From the NCBI GenBank assembly GCA_964428455.1, contig CAYRYI010000007.1, positions 1 through 16,160 of the forward strand: a DNA stretch of 16,160 nucleotides, read 5' to 3'. Both the position numbers and the translations under genes were made by a program. Numbering within the stretch: the stretch's first letter is position 1; every line of letters starts with the position of its first letter. This DNA is from an uncultured Candidatus Saccharibacteria bacterium. Lineage in GTDB: Bacteria > Patescibacteriota > Minisyncoccia > Sungbacterales > JACQCQ01. This document shows positions 14,169-16,160 of this stretch, piece after piece. Below the pieces are notes generated by a model, which was not told the DNA's origin, made no database searches, and worked only from the letters and a program-made list of their open reading frames with translations.

Positions 14169-14274
14169 TTGACTAAAGGTGGGAGGGTAAGCTGAGCTAG
14201 TCACCCTTATAAATCATACTTAGGCTATTGTAGCCAATATGAATTACCGAGACAAATTAAGCTTATCCTAAATA

Positions 14275-14302
14275 TTGACTTTTAGATAAATATTGATATA
14301 AT
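14275..14302 (+). promoter_or_regulatory. sigma70 promoter (TTGACT-16-TATAAT) for the SPFH operon
   Basis: Both hexamers are consensus-like. It lies 60-80 nt upstream of the SD GAAGGAGGA and ATG at 14381. Confidence 0.55.
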
Positions 14303-14380
14303 AGTGTTCATTGGATGGTTCGGTCGCAAACGCGGCCTTTGACATATAAATCAACCCACCAACTGAAGGAGGATCAACCA

Positions 14381-15484
14381 ATGAGAAGGCATCTTCGGCT
14401 GTACTATCCGTTCTACGCCACGGCCTTGATCGTCCTCGCATTTCTCCCGGGGTTCCTCGGGATCGGATGGGGGGAGATCCTAGGCTGGATGTCCCCCGAT
14501 GACCCTATCTTTTTCGGAATGGTAACACTCGGGGTCATCTCATTCATCGGGTTCCTGGTGATTCCCGCCGCATTCAGGTACGGCGCAATCGTGATCGTGC
14601 CGCCCATGAGCGCGGGGCTCGTCACTCATCTGGGGAAGCCGGCATGGCTTATCGCCAATGCCGATCTTCATCGGTACGAGTGGCTAAAGGGGCCGGAGTT
14701 CTTGCGGCGAATTGCCGGAGGACTCCGTATCGTCGGGATCCCCCGAATGCACAAGCTTCTCACCGTCAAGGTGACGAAGCTTGCCACGGTAGTGGAGAGG
14801 ACAGACGGCAATCTGACCACCTTCGAGCTCCAATTCGGCGCGCCGGAGGACGTGAAGTTCGTGTCACTGCGGGACCAGGTCCTGCAACTGGTCTTTTCTG
14901 ACCCGATCACCGCAAATGGCATTAGGCTAAAGATCTCGATGCGGGTTTTCTATCGCATCGACGACCCCAGGAAATTCTTCCTGGCGGCCGAGGACTGGAC
15001 GCGGATCGTGGTGGATCGGATCCGGCCGCTCGTGCGGCACATCGTAAGCTCGGAGACGTGGCCGGAGATCAACAAGCGTCGCACGGAACTCTCGGGCGGT
15101 ATCATGCGGGCGGTACAGGATCCAAGCCGTCCCATGCTTCGCGCAGGGGGTGTAGAAGACAATCGGTCCGTCGTTAAGTTCCTAATGCAGGAGTATGGCC
15201 TGATCATCCAGGCCTTCGAGTTCGGCGACATGCTCCCCGCCAAGTCCGACATCATCGAGGCGGGAGAACAGGCCTTCGAGGAAGCCCAGCGGATGCTGGG
15301 CGCCAGGGAGGTGGCTAAGTTCCTCCGCGACGAAAGCGCTGAAGAAGTAGCGGCGCGGCGCGAGGCCATGCGGCTCGCCATCGCGACGAAGGCCGCCGAG
15401 AACGTCAAGAATATCATCGTGGGCGGGCCCGTGCAGGAGATTTTCCAGCAGGTCTTTGGCCCAAGAGAGGAGCCAGGAAGATGA
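14381..15484 (+). CDS. SPFH/band-7 (stomatin/prohibitin-like) membrane protein
   Basis: Two N-terminal TM helices, then an SPFH-like core (...VTHLGKPAWL...TTFELQFGAPEDVKFVSLRDQVL...RVFYRIDDPRKFF...). The start is taken at the ATG at 14381, which has a strong SD; the ORF track begins further upstream. Confidence 0.6.
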   Translation: MRRHLRLYYPFYATALIVLAFLPGFLGIGWGEILGWMSPDDPIFFGMVTLGVISFIGFLVIPAAFRYGAIVIVPPMSAGLVTHLGKPAWLIANADLHRYEWLKGPEFLRRIAGGLRIVGIPRMHKLLTVKVTKLATVVERTDGNLTTFELQFGAPEDVKFVSLRDQVLQLVFSDPITANGIRLKISMRVFYRIDDPRKFFLAAEDWTRIVVDRIRPLVRHIVSSETWPEINKRRTELSGGIMRAVQDPSRPMLRAGGVEDNRSVVKFLMQEYGLIIQAFEFGDMLPAKSDIIEAGEQAFEEAQRMLGAREVAKFLRDESAEEVAARREAMRLAIATKAAENVKNIIVGGPVQEIFQQVFGPREEPGR

Positions 15485-15960
15485 TCGAGAGTCTGTGGGC
15501 AAGCGCAAGCGGCTACACCGCTGGGTCTGTCTCGGAATTCATCAAGGCGATCCCGTGGAGATATGTTATCGGCGGGCTTGTCATCGTCCTGCCGCCATTG
15601 ATCTTCTTCTGGAGCCGGCAGCGGGGATCCGCTTCTGCCAGCGGGCGGGCTGGAACCGCGCCCGCGCCAGCCAAGAAGGACGACAAGTTCAGGCTGGAGT
15701 CGCTGGCGCCGGTAGTGATGCTGGCGCTAGTGCTTGCCGCCATCGTCACACTCGCCGCCGCTATCGGGACCCATAATCCCGGCCTCTGGATGGGGTTCTG
15801 GGTTCTCGCGGCGGTAACGGCCATAGTTTCTACGGCCGGCGGGAAGTGGCTCGGGTACGCCATAACCTATGTGGCGCTTCTCGGGTCACTTTCGCTCTTC
15901 ATTGGGCTGCTCGTCGCGGCCCAGACCATTCCGTTCTTCAACAAGGTCCAGCTGCCCTAG
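15481..15960 (+). CDS. Small membrane protein, translationally coupled to the SPFH gene (ATGA overlap)
   Basis: 159 aa. Hydrophobic helices VIGGLVIVLPPLIFFW, VVMLALVLAAIVTLAAAI and LWMGFWVLAAVTAIV...LLGSLSLFIGLLVAA. The pairing resembles an SPFH-partner operon, though no NfeD-like OB-fold is evident. Confidence 0.5.
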   Translation: MIESLWASASGYTAGSVSEFIKAIPWRYVIGGLVIVLPPLIFFWSRQRGSASASGRAGTAPAPAKKDDKFRLESLAPVVMLALVLAAIVTLAAAIGTHNPGLWMGFWVLAAVTAIVSTAGGKWLGYAITYVALLGSLSLFIGLLVAAQTIPFFNKVQLP

Positions 15961-16005
15961 CCACGGCGGCTGGACCAGAAGTTCCGTCTCGGAGGTCCGA
16001 ACGGA

Positions 16006-16041
16006 AACCCCCGTCGCGTCGAACGCGACGGGGGTTTTATA
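16006..16041 (+). terminator. Rho-independent terminator
   Basis: AAACCCCCGTCGCGTC-GAA-CGCGACGGGGGTTTT followed by TTTTAT. Confidence 0.75.
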
Positions 16042-16160
16042 TATCAACAACCCATTTATTATTTATAGTTTATGTCTCACCCCTGTCTCTTCTTGCTATT
16101 ATTTCACGCTATAGCCACTTTGACTGAATAATTTGGTTGATGGGGTTTTGAGCGCGGCCT

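Larger units (their letters stand above)
13851..14206 (-). pseudogene. Outer Val(CAC)-like tRNA split in its D-arm by the entire Glu/Val unit (split or disrupted tRNA)
   Basis: The 5' part GGGTGAC-TA-GCTC-AGC is at 14206-14191. The 3' part CAGAGCG-CTGTC-TTCACAC-GACAG-AGGCC-GAAGG-TTCGATC-CCTTC-GTTACCC-A is at 13903-13851. Acceptor 1-7/66-72 pairs with one G-U. The joined D-loop would be short and lack G18G19. The halves are bridged by a ~20-bp helix formed by 14190-14171 and 13927-13901. Confidence 0.4.

Noticed and set aside
14950-15863. - strand ORFs within the SPFH and membrane-protein genes (14950-15417, 15182-15508, 15513-15863).
   Set aside because: They are antisense shadows in a high-GC coding region. 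The sense ORFs have SD, promoter, TM helices and domain-like conservation.

Overview
The window is a bacterial chromosomal segment of mixed composition, ranging from AT-rich islands to blocks above 60% GC. The first 3.5 kb is a housekeeping block on the + strand: a sigma70-like promoter with a long structured leader, then rny (RNase Y), a ymdB-like metallophosphoesterase and hup (HU), closed by a clean bidirectional terminator. The middle (3.7-8.7 kb) is an accessory-looking region read entirely on the - strand. It holds a 562-aa HExxH coiled-coil protein and five very small ORFs (50-122 aa) with near-identical strong Shine-Dalgarno contexts (AAGGGGGTGA-like). Between them sit four or more copies of a structured repeat with a conserved outer stem (TTTCGCTCTTC...GAAGAGCGGGCGA) and a variable inner hairpin. 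An AT-rich hub at 8.69-8.86 kb carries two divergent, near-consensus sigma70 promoters. The + promoter drives a roughly 340-nt GC-rich structured RNA of unassigned family with its own terminator. The - promoter drives a GC-rich block plus the repeat/small-ORF region. Further right come trmB-like, hicBA, a TfoX-N-domain gene, a secreted GHL10/DUF4015-like protein, tRNA-Gly(UCC), tRNA-Pro(UGG) and yraN. Next is an AT-rich free-standing LAGLIDADG homing-endonuclease gene, immediately beside the most unusual locus in the window, a nested tRNA arrangement on the - strand. There, a tRNA-Glu(UUC) gene is split at the canonical 37/38 anticodon-loop position by a 112-nt insert consisting of a complete tRNA-Val(CAC) bracketed by a 13-bp helix. 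That whole unit sits inside the D-loop region of a second Val(CAC)-like tRNA whose two parts are joined by a roughly 20-bp helix. A conserved CTAACGGGG motif follows each tRNA 3' end. The window ends with an SPFH/band-7 membrane protein, a small membrane protein and a terminator. All calls are from reading the sequence and ORF track; no database search or folding program was run.
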